NCBI GenBank assembly: GCA_023898585.1
Contig: CP060229.1
Span: forward strand, 314,709-378,708
Direction: 5' to 3'
Length of the DNA: 64,000 bases
Source: Candidatus Nomurabacteria bacterium
GTDB lineage: Bacteria; Patescibacteriota; Minisyncoccia; Phycocordibacterales; UBA918
Under the pieces are notes generated by a model. The model ran no database searches. It worked only from the letters and a program-made list of their open reading frames with translations, and was not told where the DNA came from. The position numbers and the translations under genes are program-made. Positions 47,875 through 57,288 of the stretch are shown in pieces (within the stretch, counting starts at the first letter, position 1; each line of letters opens with the position of its first letter).

Positions 47875-49629
47875 CTAAACCACGTGTGACAAAAAGTCAC
47901 CATCACCAGCTTTTTTACTGGTGGGTGTTTTTATGTTTATAGAGTCTAAAGAAACATTGGCTTCTTGATAGGGTAGTTCAATCACTCTACCGAGTTCAGA
48001 TATCGAGATTGTGCCTTCAAGTACTTTTTCTATTCCGTCTTCAACCATGGTTGGGATTCCTTGCGGTCTCGCTGATTCGAGAATGATGTGTTCTCGCGGG
48101 TCTCTGATCACCACTTCTTCAACTTTTTCGTCCATCACAACACCTTCAAATATACCCATTCTGCCTTTGAAGCCGGTTCCGCCACAAGCTTCACAACCGA
48201 CCGATTTAAATAAATTTGTCGGTTCTGGAACAGTAACCGGGTGAGGGTGATGGCTCATGATGTGCTTAACCAATTTCACCTCTTCCTCAGTAGCTTTGTA
48301 CTTAGCTTTACATACTTCACACAGTTTTCTAACCAAACGTTGTCCGATAATGATATTTATCGAACTTCCCATGATGCGGGGGTCAACCCCGAGGTCTATC
48401 AATCGGACAAAACCAGCAACAGCACTGTTGGTGTGGAGAGTGGAAAAGACTAGGTGTCCGGTCTGTGCGGCGTGAATGGCAGTTTCCGCTACTTCTTTGT
48501 CCCTAATTTCACCCACCATGATAATGTCCGGGTCCTGTCTCAGAATGGCGCGCAGTCCGGAGGCGAAAGTGTAGTCTTCTCCGATTTGGGTTTGTACAAT
48601 TCCATCAAGCTTGTATTCAACCGGGTTTTCAAGAGTAATAATTTTTACCCCCTCCGAATGTGCTTCTTGCAGGAAGGCATACAAAGCGGTTGTTTTTCCG
48701 GAACCGGTCGGTCCGGTTGTTATTATCAACCCGTTCGGCTTCTTTAATTGAACTTCCATCACCTTTCTTATGTATGGATTCAGCTTTATTTTATCCATAC
48801 TAAAACTAGCCACTGTCGGATCAAGGAGTCTCATCACGATAGATTCTCCCACCGCTCCCGGTATGACTGATGATCGGACTTCCACCTCGCGCTCGCCGGT
48901 ATTGAAAGTAAATCGTCCGTCTTGGGCTTCCGCTCTGCTGTTTAGGATCATGCCGGATAGTAGTTTCAGACGGGACATCATTCTTTTATAAATGTATGAA
49001 TCAAGGTCAGCCACGTCGTGTAGCACGCCATCAAATCGATAACGTAGTCTGACGGCATTCTGTTCCGGTTCGATATGGATGTCCGAGGCGCCTAGGGCGA
49101 GACCGCCGGCAAAAATCAATTCCAGTGTCTCCGAAATACGTCTGGTGTTACTCATCTTACTGATTGACTGCAAAATAGTCATGATATTTTCCCGGCTTTT
49201 AATCTCCTTGGATAGTCTGTTTATGTCTTCCGTACTTATTTCAAAAACACCTTTTTTCTCAGCTTGCGATTCATTGATGTCTTTGTAACGAGCCCAAGCG
49301 TGTTCAAGACTGCGGGTGGAGCATATGAATATTGTCAACTCGTAGCGTTGTCTTTGGAGCTCTTGAAAGACCGCTTGTGTTTTTGGATTGTTGGGGTTCT
49401 TAACAGCGACAGACAGCGTGTGACGATTAAGCGCGAAACCAATAATCTCCGCTTCGCGAGCTTTTTGTTCAGGAATAGCAGACACTGCTTCAGGGTCTAT
49501 GGTGATATTGCGAAGATTTACGTACTCAAAACCAAGTTGCGGAGCCATGGTTTGGATGACTCGCTCTTCTTCGTGAGAATGCAAATCAGCGATTTTTGTA
49601 TTGGAAAGATTGTCATCAAATTTGACCAT
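47875..49629 (-). CDS. GspE/PilB-family secretion ATPase (type IV pilus / type II secretion assembly ATPase)
   Basis: Walker A TGPTGSGKTT, Asp box, His box, C-terminal tetracysteine CEVCKA...CEACGGTG. Confidence 0.85.
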   Translation of the reverse strand: MVKFDDNLSNTKIADLHSHEEERVIQTMAPQLGFEYVNLRNITIDPEAVSAIPEQKAREAEIIGFALNRHTLSVAVKNPNNPKTQAVFQELQRQRYELTIFICSTRSLEHAWARYKDINESQAEKKGVFEISTEDINRLSKEIKSRENIMTILQSISKMSNTRRISETLELIFAGGLALGASDIHIEPEQNAVRLRYRFDGVLHDVADLDSYIYKRMMSRLKLLSGMILNSRAEAQDGRFTFNTGEREVEVRSSVIPGAVGESIVMRLLDPTVASFSMDKIKLNPYIRKVMEVQLKKPNGLIITTGPTGSGKTTALYAFLQEAHSEGVKIITLENPVEYKLDGIVQTQIGEDYTFASGLRAILRQDPDIIMVGEIRDKEVAETAIHAAQTGHLVFSTLHTNSAVAGFVRLIDLGVDPRIMGSSINIIIGQRLVRKLCEVCKAKYKATEEEVKLVKHIMSHHPHPVTVPEPTNLFKSVGCEACGGTGFKGRMGIFEGVVMDEKVEEVVIRDPREHIILESARPQGIPTMVEDGIEKVLEGTISISELGRVIELPYQEANVSLDSINIKTPTSKKAGDGDFLSHVV

Positions 49630-49740
49630 ATCGCTTTAATCATAACACGATAAAATTTCGCCTTTCGATTAACGTCCGGTTGTCTTCGTTGGTCTGGCTT
49701 CACTGGGAGTTTACTCCACCTTTTTAGATGTTATAGTCAT

Positions 49741-50211
49741 GTGACTATGGAAAAGAAGTATCAAGTACCGACCCCCCAGGATTTCTCGTTAGTCATTAAA
49801 GATATTTTTCTCCGGCAAAAAGAACATAAAGGTAATCGTGCCAATAATAATATCGTGCTAGCCTTGCAAGGAGATTTGGGAGCCGGTAAAACCACATTCA
49901 CTCAGGAGCTGGGAAGATTTTTGGGAGTAGCGGAAACTGTCAACAGTCCGACTTTTGTCATAATGAAGCAGTACGAAATAAATTACGAAGACTTTGATCG
50001 GTTGGTACATATTGACGCTTATCGTCTCGAAGACGAATCAGAAGCTTTGCCTCTTCGATTAAAAGAAATCATTAATCGCCCACACACCATCGTTTGTATT
50101 GAGTGGCCGGAGTTGATTTCTTCTCTCATTCCAGAGCAAGCTCTAGGTGTGAAAATCACTATCGGTGATGGTGAAGTTCGGACTGTGAGGTTGGAAAGTT
50201 CTTCGCGGTAG
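49741..50211 (+). CDS. tsaE: tRNA threonylcarbamoyladenosine biosynthesis protein TsaE (YjeE)
   Basis: P-loop LQGDLGAGKTTFTQ, ~150 aa. Confidence 0.8.
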   Translation: MTMEKKYQVPTPQDFSLVIKDIFLRQKEHKGNRANNNIVLALQGDLGAGKTTFTQELGRFLGVAETVNSPTFVIMKQYEINYEDFDRLVHIDAYRLEDESEALPLRLKEIINRPHTIVCIEWPELISSLIPEQALGVKITIGDGEVRTVRLESSSR

Positions 50212-50244
50212 AACAGAGTAAAGAAAAAACGTATACTAAACATT

Positions 50245-52635
50245 ATGTCGAAAAAAGCCACTCCCAGCACACTCGTCCTTTTGGACGCACACGCGATTCT
50301 ACATCGTGCTTACCATGCTTTGCCGGACTTTACTTCACCAACCGGTGAACCAACTGGGGCTCTGTACGGTGTAACCACAATGTTATTGAAGATCATTGAA
50401 GACTTTAAACCAGAGTACATAGTAGCTTGTTTTGATTTACCAGAGCCGACTTATCGTCATGAAGCTTTTGATGGTTATAAATCCAGGCGCTCCAAAACAG
50501 ACGAATCACTGGTTCAACAAATAGACCGTTCGCGCGACATTTTTACCACTTTCGGGATTCCTATTATCGAGAAGCCTGGTTTTGAGGCTGATGATATGCT
50601 GGGCACCATCGCGCATCTCACAGCAGATCAAGAAGACCTACAGATAATTATCGCTTCCGGTGACATGGATACTTTGCAGTGTGTTGATAAAAAACGCGTG
50701 CAAGTATTCACTCTCAAAAAAGGCATTAAAGATACGGTTATTTATGATGAAAAAGCGGTGAAAGAGCGTTTCGGCTTCAGCCCCAAGTTAGTGCCTGATT
50801 ATAAAGGTTTGCGTGGCGATCCTTCCGACAACATTCCTGGTATTCAGGGTATTGGAGAAAAGACTGCGACCACGCTTGTTAGCAATTTCGGGTCTTTGGA
50901 AAAGATGTATAAAAAACTCAGTAAAAATGAAAAAGCATTTTCAGAAGCCGGTATTAAACCGAGAATCATCAACTTGCTTAAAGAAGGGAAGGAAGAGGCT
51001 GAGTTTTCCAAGATGTTAGCAACCATCAGAACTGATGCGCTCGACAGCTTTGATTTATCGACTACAGAGTGGCGAAAGCATGCTGACGCGGAAGCGATAA
51101 CTAAGCTTTTTAGTGAATTTGGTTTTCGTAGTACTTCTGACCGGGTTAAAAAACTTTTCGGTATGACCATGTCTGAAGAAGAATCCAAAGTTGCCAAGGT
51201 GGGGGAAGAGGAATTGCAACAAGCGTCAATTTTACTCTGGTTGCTTGAAAGTGAGCGCACCAATGCTACTTACGATGATGTTGTTGAGTATGGTCGTTCT
51301 TTCCTGCAAACAACGACCTGGGACGAGACAGTGAAAGCTTTGAAAAAAAGGGTGAAAGAAGAAAAACTTTGGCACATTTATGAAGATATAGAATTGCCGT
51401 TGATTGAAGTGATTGCTGGGATGAAGAGACAAGGCATTTCTCTTGACGTGCCATATTTGAAAGAACTGTCCCAAAAAATGCATGAAGAGTTGGTGGTTTT
51501 GGAAAAGAACATACATCGGTATGTTGGGTTTGAATTTAATATCAATTCACCTAAACAACTCGGAGAGGTGTTGTTCGACACGCTTGAGCTAAAACCGAAA
51601 AACGCCAAAAAGACCGCCGGCGGTCAGCGCTCGACCAAGGAGTCGGAGTTGGAAAAATTACGAGCTGAACACCCAATCATCGGCGACATTCTTCGTTATC
51701 GCGAGTTGCAAAAATTGGTTTCTACGTATGTAGACAACTTGCCTAACGCGGTTGGAGAGGACGGAAGAGTTCATTCGACTCTGCTCCAAACCGGGGCTGC
51801 AACCGGACGGATGGCCAGTCGTGATCCGAACTTACAAAACATACCTGCCCGTACCGAAGAGGGTCGAGCGATAAGAAAAGCTTTTTTGGCGGAGGAAGGT
51901 TTTGAGTTGGTGGCGATAGACTATTCTCAGATAGAACTACGTATCGCGGCTATTCTTTCTGATGATCCAAACATGAAAGATATTTTTAAGCGGGGTGAAG
52001 ACGTTCATCATGGTGTGGCTTTGCGTGTGTTTGGTGTAAATTCTGAAGATGTTACCTCCGAGATGCGCAGAAAAGCCAAGGTGATTAACTTCGGTATTTT
52101 GTATGGCATGGGAGTTAATGCTCTTCGACAAAACTTGGGTGAAGATGTTTCTCGCCAAGCTGCGCAAGAATTTCTCAATGCTTATTTTCATACCTTTACC
52201 CGTCTGGCTGAGTATCTGGAAGAGACAAAAAGCTTTGCTCGACAGCACGGCTACACAGAGACAATGTTCGGCCGACGACGCTATTTTCCCGGGATCACTT
52301 CCGGTGTGCCTTTTATCAGAGCTCAGGCGGAGCGTATGGCTGTGAATGCTCCGATACAAGGTTCGCAGGCTGATATTATCAGGATCGCAATGGTGAAGAT
52401 TCACCAATACATCAATGATCTGAAATTAGAGAACGATGTACGGTTGCTACTTCAGGTACACGACGAGCTTATTTTTGAAATAAAAAAAGACAAATTAAAA
52501 GTAACAGTTCCGACTCTTTTGGAAATAATGACCGGGGTTTTAGATGATAAGCAATCCAAAGGAGTGCCGATTGTGGCCGAGGTGAAATCAGGTCCGAATT
52601 GGGAAGATGTGAAAAGCATGGAAATTAAGAATTAA
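50245..52635 (+). CDS. polA: DNA polymerase I (5'-3' exonuclease + polymerase domains; 3'-5' exo region reduced)
   Basis: FEN-like N-terminus, motifs A (DYSQIELR), B (RRKAKVINFGILYG) and C (QVHDEL). Confidence 0.9.
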   Translation: MSKKATPSTLVLLDAHAILHRAYHALPDFTSPTGEPTGALYGVTTMLLKIIEDFKPEYIVACFDLPEPTYRHEAFDGYKSRRSKTDESLVQQIDRSRDIFTTFGIPIIEKPGFEADDMLGTIAHLTADQEDLQIIIASGDMDTLQCVDKKRVQVFTLKKGIKDTVIYDEKAVKERFGFSPKLVPDYKGLRGDPSDNIPGIQGIGEKTATTLVSNFGSLEKMYKKLSKNEKAFSEAGIKPRIINLLKEGKEEAEFSKMLATIRTDALDSFDLSTTEWRKHADAEAITKLFSEFGFRSTSDRVKKLFGMTMSEEESKVAKVGEEELQQASILLWLLESERTNATYDDVVEYGRSFLQTTTWDETVKALKKRVKEEKLWHIYEDIELPLIEVIAGMKRQGISLDVPYLKELSQKMHEELVVLEKNIHRYVGFEFNINSPKQLGEVLFDTLELKPKNAKKTAGGQRSTKESELEKLRAEHPIIGDILRYRELQKLVSTYVDNLPNAVGEDGRVHSTLLQTGAATGRMASRDPNLQNIPARTEEGRAIRKAFLAEEGFELVAIDYSQIELRIAAILSDDPNMKDIFKRGEDVHHGVALRVFGVNSEDVTSEMRRKAKVINFGILYGMGVNALRQNLGEDVSRQAAQEFLNAYFHTFTRLAEYLEETKSFARQHGYTETMFGRRRYFPGITSGVPFIRAQAERMAVNAPIQGSQADIIRIAMVKIHQYINDLKLENDVRLLLQVHDELIFEIKKDKLKVTVPTLLEIMTGVLDDKQSKGVPIVAEVKSGPNWEDVKSMEIKN

Positions 52636-52637
52636 TC

Positions 52638-53339
52638 ATGTTTGTAGTTTTTTACGGTTCAGATAGGGGTGGGGTGCGCGATGGGGCGACCAAGTTTATT
52701 GAAACCAAAATGCCGTTAAACGGGTTGCTGACAACAATCGAGGTCAACGACTTTGAAATCGGTCGTTTGGCCAACGCGCTCGGCGCAAACTCACTTTTCG
52801 GAGAGAGTGAATGGTTTGTCTTGGACACCCCGTCAACCAATGTTGATTTCTTAGAGGAAGTCAATAATTCATTGGCGGAAATGGCACAATCGGATAACAC
52901 GTTTGTTATTCTAGAAGACGCACTGCTTTCGCTCGCCAAAAAGAAGTATGAAAAACATGCGTCCGCGATAACTGAATTTTCTGCTAAGAAAAACGAAAGA
53001 TTAAATACTTTCGCCATGGCTGAGGCTTTAGCAGGGAAAGATAAACGAAAATTGTGGGTCTTGTTGCAAGAGGCACGTTTAAATGGTTTACGGGATGAGG
53101 AAGTAATCGGAATGCTTTGGTGGCAATTAAAAAGCTTACGCCTGGCCTCCCTTACAAATTCAGCGGACGAAGCTGGGATGAAAGATTTTCCGTACAACAA
53201 AGCCAAGCGAGCGCTGGTAAAATTTTCTGACGGGGAAATCTCCCGGCTTTCCCAGTCTTTGCTTGAGGTTTATCACGACGGACACGCCGGCCTTCGCGAT
53301 ATAGATCTGGCGCTGGAGGAGTGGGTGTTGAAGTTGTAG
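52638..53339 (+). CDS. Possible DNA polymerase III delta subunit-like protein (short)
   Basis: N-terminal VVFYGSDRGGV resembles the HolA start; weak. Confidence 0.3.
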   Translation: MFVVFYGSDRGGVRDGATKFIETKMPLNGLLTTIEVNDFEIGRLANALGANSLFGESEWFVLDTPSTNVDFLEEVNNSLAEMAQSDNTFVILEDALLSLAKKKYEKHASAITEFSAKKNERLNTFAMAEALAGKDKRKLWVLLQEARLNGLRDEEVIGMLWWQLKSLRLASLTNSADEAGMKDFPYNKAKRALVKFSDGEISRLSQSLLEVYHDGHAGLRDIDLALEEWVLKL

Positions 53340-53406
53340 TTTTTTGACGCACAGTTTTTATAAGGTATTATCTAGGTGGAGGTTTCTCAGAAAGGAGAGA
53401 TTAAAA

Positions 53407-53595
53407 ATGTCGTTACCTGTTGGTAGATACGTTAGAAGATGGAGCGCTAAAGATTTACGAAAACGTGAGCAGGCGCTCGATAAAGTCATTGCTGAGATGC
53501 GGGCAGAGACCGCTCGTGAAATTGAGAAATCAGATGAGGAACATCGATTGATGAGACTGGCTGTTCTTGAGTTAAGAAGAAAGGGTGTTCACTAA
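53407..53595 (+). CDS. Hypothetical small basic protein (62 aa)
   Basis: Strong AGGAG RBS 8 nt upstream of the ATG at 53407; followed by a terminator. Confidence 0.35.
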   Translation: MSLPVGRYVRRWSAKDLRKREQALDKVIAEMRAETAREIEKSDEEHRLMRLAVLELRRKGVH

Positions 53596-53610
53596 AAGTG
53601 TTCACAAAAA

Positions 53611-53636
53611 CCGCGAGCTAGAGCTCGCGGTTTTCT
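53611..53636 (+). terminator. Intrinsic terminator
   Basis: ccgcgagc-taga-gctcgcgg followed by TTTTCT. Confidence 0.55.
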
Positions 53637-53732
53637 ACGAAAAGTCCCCACGGTGTTAATATAGTACAAGGTTTGTGTAACACCAAATAATTGGTTAAAT
53701 TATTAGTTATCTAAAGTAGGAGTTAAGTATTC

Positions 53733-54218
53733 ATGGATAAACTAGAGTTATTAAAAGAATACGTGGTAAACGGCAAAGTGCTTCAGCTCGCCACAATAAC
53801 TGAAGGCGGCCCCTGGGTTTGTCATGTATGGTATGTGGCGGATTGGGATAATGATAGATTGCTCTTCACTTCTAGGACAACAAGAAATCATTCGGTCCAT
53901 ATCGAGTATGATCACAGAGTGGCTGGTGGGATTCTGGATATGGAGCTGACATCGCTTGGACAGTCTGTTCGTGGGGTTTCTTTCACGGGATCAGCTCGCG
54001 TGGTGCCGTTGTCGGATTTGCTAGGCTCAATATATAAGTTTAGTAAGCGCTGGCCTGCGGCCGATTTAGCGCATGCTGCAATTGCTAACGGTAGTACCAA
54101 TATTAGGTTGTATGAAATAAACATTAACAAATGGGTTTTGCATGACGAGGTAAATATGCCATCTGATCCCCGGTTTGAATATGAACCAAATGCTTGTGAT
54201 GGCATCAGTGATGTTTAG
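53733..54218 (+). CDS. Pyridoxamine 5'-phosphate oxidase-like FMN-binding split-barrel family protein
   Basis: AGGAG RBS; N-terminal LLKEYVVNGKVLQLATITEGGPWVCHVWYV pattern typical of the PNPOx-like family. Confidence 0.45.
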   Translation: MDKLELLKEYVVNGKVLQLATITEGGPWVCHVWYVADWDNDRLLFTSRTTRNHSVHIEYDHRVAGGILDMELTSLGQSVRGVSFTGSARVVPLSDLLGSIYKFSKRWPAADLAHAAIANGSTNIRLYEININKWVLHDEVNMPSDPRFEYEPNACDGISDV

Positions 54219-54249
54219 GTTTTATCCATCGAGGCCTCACAACACACCA

Positions 54250-54531
54250 CTACAACCGTTCATGCCATAAACGAGCACTGTGTCGTACTGTAAGAATATT
54301 TACCACGTCAGTCACTTCATAGGCCACGATGTATGATGCGTGGACGACCAGTTCTCGGGCACCTTCAACTCGACCAGGCCGGCCGGCGTGCGGATTGGCC
54401 GGGAGCACGGTTTCCACCGAAGACAGAATTTGCTCCCCAAGATCTAATGCGGCAGTGAGGTTGTCACTGGCAATATATTCAATGATTGCTTCCAACTCGC
54501 GCAGTGACTCTGCGGACCATCGCAGTCTCAT
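54250..54531 (-). CDS. ParE/RelE-family type II toxin
   Basis: 93 aa; C-terminal HASYIVAYEV...ILTVRHSAR pattern; 4-nt overlap with the upstream antitoxin; ~53% GC. Confidence 0.7.
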   Translation of the reverse strand: MRLRWSAESLRELEAIIEYIASDNLTAALDLGEQILSSVETVLPANPHAGRPGRVEGARELVVHASYIVAYEVTDVVNILTVRHSARLWHERL

Positions 54532-54818
54532 GAGCCGTCTTGGCTAGAGGATTTCTCTGTGACGAAGGCTTTCAGCCGGTCACGCACCTCGTTTGTCTCG
54601 TACACGCGACCTTCCACAACATCCGTCATTCCTTGCCGTACAGAGTTAACGAAGGCCTCTTCCTCAGCGAGGTAGCGCTCAATCGCCTCGTTGGCGAGAA
54701 AAGACTTGGAGCGGCGGGTGAGGGTAGCCAGCCCGTCCAGCCGCTTAGACGTTTCAGGCTTGGTATGGACTGAGATAACCGAACGATTAGTCCCGCCATA
54801 TCCATTTTTATGACTCAT
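54528..54818 (-). CDS. Ribbon-helix-helix (CopG/ParD-like) antitoxin
   Basis: 96 aa; SFLANEAIERYLAEEE RHH-like segment; translationally coupled to the toxin. Confidence 0.6.
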   Translation of the reverse strand: MSHKNGYGGTNRSVISVHTKPETSKRLDGLATLTRRSKSFLANEAIERYLAEEEAFVNSVRQGMTDVVEGRVYETNEVRDRLKAFVTEKSSSQDGS

Positions 54819-54933
54819 ATGTATACATTCTACTACATTAGCATTATTTTACAAACTAAAGTCTTGTTATGACCGTAAAAAATTTGACAAGCTAATAAAT
54901 AACGGTCGCATGCTAAACGACCGTTATTTACTC

Positions 54934-55009
54934 TGGTCCGCCCTCCAGGGCTCGAACCTGGGACCATCTCCTTAAAAGGGAGCCGCTCTACCATCTGAGC
55001 TAAGGGCGG
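54934..55009 (-). tRNA. tRNA-Lys (anticodon UUU)
   Basis: Manual fold: acceptor CCGCCCU/AGGGCGG, D-arm GCUC-AGAUGGUA-GAGC, anticodon loop CUUUUAA, T-arm CCAGG-UUCGAGC-CCUGG, 3' ACCA encoded. Confidence 0.85.
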
Positions 55010-55184
55010 TGACTATTTTGTTTTTTTATACCATTCCTTAATTAAGGGGTGAAGAGTGTGGGACACTGTTCACGCTACCAATGTGATTAAGGGCGGTGAC
55101 TATTTTGTTTTTTTATACCATTCCTTAATTAAGGGGTGAAGAGTGTGGGACACTGTTCACGCTACCAATGTGATTAAGGGCGGT
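55001..55184. repeat. Perfect 87-bp tandem direct repeat (2 copies + 10-nt partial third) upstream of tRNA-Lys, including the first 9-10 nt of the tRNA
   Basis: 55001-55087 equals 55088-55174 exactly; 55175-55184 repeats the first 10 nt (taagggcggt). Confidence 0.85.
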
Positions 55185-55293
55185 ACAAATCTTTGCTTAC
55201 GCAAAGTGGAAAAACTATACCATGATGAGATATGAAATCAACCTTCTCGGCCGACAGTTTCTAATATCAGCCAGTTCTGTTACTCTAAGCGAG

Positions 55294-55755
55294 ATGAAAT
55301 ATCTTATGTTGGAGAACATTCGAAGCGCTCATAATGTCGGTGCGATTTTTCGTACGGCTGATGGGGCCGGTGTCGCAAAGATATTTTTGATCGGTTACAC
55401 ACCAACCCCGATCGATCGTTTCGGTCGTGTCCAGCCGGAAATAAAAAAGACTTCGCTCGGAGCCAGTCAAGAAATTAAATGGGAACACAATAGCGATGGT
55501 GCAACGGTGTTAGATAAACTAAAAAAGGAGGGTTTTGTTATTGTCGCGGTTGAACAGAGCGAACAGTCCGTCCCGCTTACGGGTTTTGTTTTTCCGGAAA
55601 AAGTCGTTTACATCGTTGGTAACGAAATAGAAGGGGTTTCCTCTCACTCTCTCAAAATAGCCGACACAGTGGTCGAAATACCCATGCTTGGTACCAAAGA
55701 ATCGCTCAATGTGTCAGTGGCTACAGGAATAGTTTTATATCATGGACTGGTTTAA
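55294..55755 (+). CDS. SpoU/TrmH-family RNA 2'-O-methyltransferase
   Basis: ENIRSAHNVGAIFRTADGAG and IVGNEIEGVS motifs; the start at 55294 (MKYLML) fits the family N-terminus better than 55222. Confidence 0.75.
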   Translation: MKYLMLENIRSAHNVGAIFRTADGAGVAKIFLIGYTPTPIDRFGRVQPEIKKTSLGASQEIKWEHNSDGATVLDKLKKEGFVIVAVEQSEQSVPLTGFVFPEKVVYIVGNEIEGVSSHSLKIADTVVEIPMLGTKESLNVSVATGIVLYHGLV

Positions 55756-57268
55756 AGAGAAATTGTTGTTGCAGTGGTCAATTTCCGGAGTGCTTCTCGG
55801 AATAGGTTTTGTTTACCCTAGCTTTTGGTTTGTTAGTCTTATCGGCGGAGCCTACTTTTTATATTTATTGGAAAGAGAACAGACCAGACGGAGTTTGTTT
55901 TTGGGAACTTGGCTTGCTTGGACTATCAAATCCGCCATGGCCATGGTGTGGCTATGGTCGGTCTATCCAATCGATTGGTTGCCGGATGAATTGGGAAATG
56001 TTCAACTGCTTATTATAGGCGGTTATTGGCTAGTGATCTCAATTTGTTTAGGGTGCGGGGCTGTTTTTTTTGTGTGGCTCGCTAAACTACTAAAAAAATA
56101 TTTCCCCAACAGTTCAATATCTTATGGTCTTTTGCTACCTTTGTTTTGGGTAGTGGGGGAGGTGGTAGGATCAACGGTTTTTTCGATAGTTTCTTTGGGG
56201 CCAGGCGGAAGCATTAACAGTTCTTTGAGTTTCGGGTATTCCGGATACTTGTTGGCAGAAAGCGAATGGCTGTTGCCACTGGCTAAAGTCGCCGGAGTCT
56301 ACGGACTCGGTTTTCTTTTCGCTGTTTTATCGTCTTTTATCTTTCATTTGGTTCGGCGAACAACCGATCAGTTATGGAAAACAGTGTCGGTGGTTCTGAT
56401 CATCTTTGCTTTACTCGGATCATTTTTAAAATTCAATACAGCAAATAACGATGGCCACCTACGAAGTCTCAGTGTGGTGGTTATAGATACTTATTTTCCT
56501 CGCTCATTGTTTAGAAGTTTTGAAGGAAGCTTGCTTGTCTCTCAAGAATTGGCCGGTGCAATGGAAGTGGCTTTAGATGAGAATCCAAATTACATCATAT
56601 TGCCAGAAGACTCTCGTTTTTTTAATCAACAGCAACCTCCCGGAGTGGTCAAGTCATTTTTTAAATTTCAATACAATAACCCATCGTCCGTAATTGTTGA
56701 CACCAGCCGAGTTGAAAGCCAAGGAAAAACTTTTTTACAAACTTTCATTTATAACGGAGGCGATAAACCCGTCGAGCAAGTACAAAAAAGATATCTGGTT
56801 CCGCAAGGAGAATTTCTTTCTTACTTGTTAATTTGGGCATTGAAAGCACTTGGGTACAGTGATGCACTTGATAAAGTCGGTAACGATCTGTCTTATGAAG
56901 TTGGTCCAAATACAGACCAGTCAAGAGTGGCGAGCGAGATTCCCGGTGTCTTGTTTTGTTTTGAAAGCGTAGACCCTTTGGGAGTGAAGACTGTCATGAA
57001 AGAAAGAGGCACTATACCATTTATTGCCCACCCGATATCGCACTCGTGGTTTCATGAGTCTGACATTTTATGGAATCAACTCGACATCATGCTGAAGGTT
57101 CAAGCTGTTTGGAATCATCAATACATAGTGAGTGCCGGAAATCATGTTTCAGGCAAGGTTATAAATCCAAACGGTAAATTATTAAACCTTGACATTGTAG
57201 AGGAGAATAATATGTGGAGAGTCAGCAAAATAGAATTTTTACTTCCGACTACTGTAAATAACCAATAG
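55742..57268 (+). CDS. Apolipoprotein N-acyltransferase (Lnt)-like: polytopic N-terminal membrane domain + CN-hydrolase domain
   Basis: ~8 TM helices followed by a nitrilase-like region with a catalytic-Cys candidate in VLFCFES; length 508 aa as for Lnt. Confidence 0.5.
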   Translation: MDWFKEKLLLQWSISGVLLGIGFVYPSFWFVSLIGGAYFLYLLEREQTRRSLFLGTWLAWTIKSAMAMVWLWSVYPIDWLPDELGNVQLLIIGGYWLVISICLGCGAVFFVWLAKLLKKYFPNSSISYGLLLPLFWVVGEVVGSTVFSIVSLGPGGSINSSLSFGYSGYLLAESEWLLPLAKVAGVYGLGFLFAVLSSFIFHLVRRTTDQLWKTVSVVLIIFALLGSFLKFNTANNDGHLRSLSVVVIDTYFPRSLFRSFEGSLLVSQELAGAMEVALDENPNYIILPEDSRFFNQQQPPGVVKSFFKFQYNNPSSVIVDTSRVESQGKTFLQTFIYNGGDKPVEQVQKRYLVPQGEFLSYLLIWALKALGYSDALDKVGNDLSYEVGPNTDQSRVASEIPGVLFCFESVDPLGVKTVMKERGTIPFIAHPISHSWFHESDILWNQLDIMLKVQAVWNHQYIVSAGNHVSGKVINPNGKLLNLDIVEENNMWRVSKIEFLLPTTVNNQ

Positions 57269-57288
57269 TCCACCCCAACACAGTGGCG

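Noticed and set aside
55001-55184. Possible CRISPR array because of the perfect direct repeats
   Set aside because: There are only two contiguous identical 87-bp units with no spacers, and the unit includes a tRNA 5' end. This is a tandem duplication, not a CRISPR array.
55222-55293. Longer N-terminal extension of the TrmH-family gene starting at 55222
   Set aside because: The extension begins right at the end of the tandem repeat and has no RBS. Family N-termini match the internal Met at 55294.
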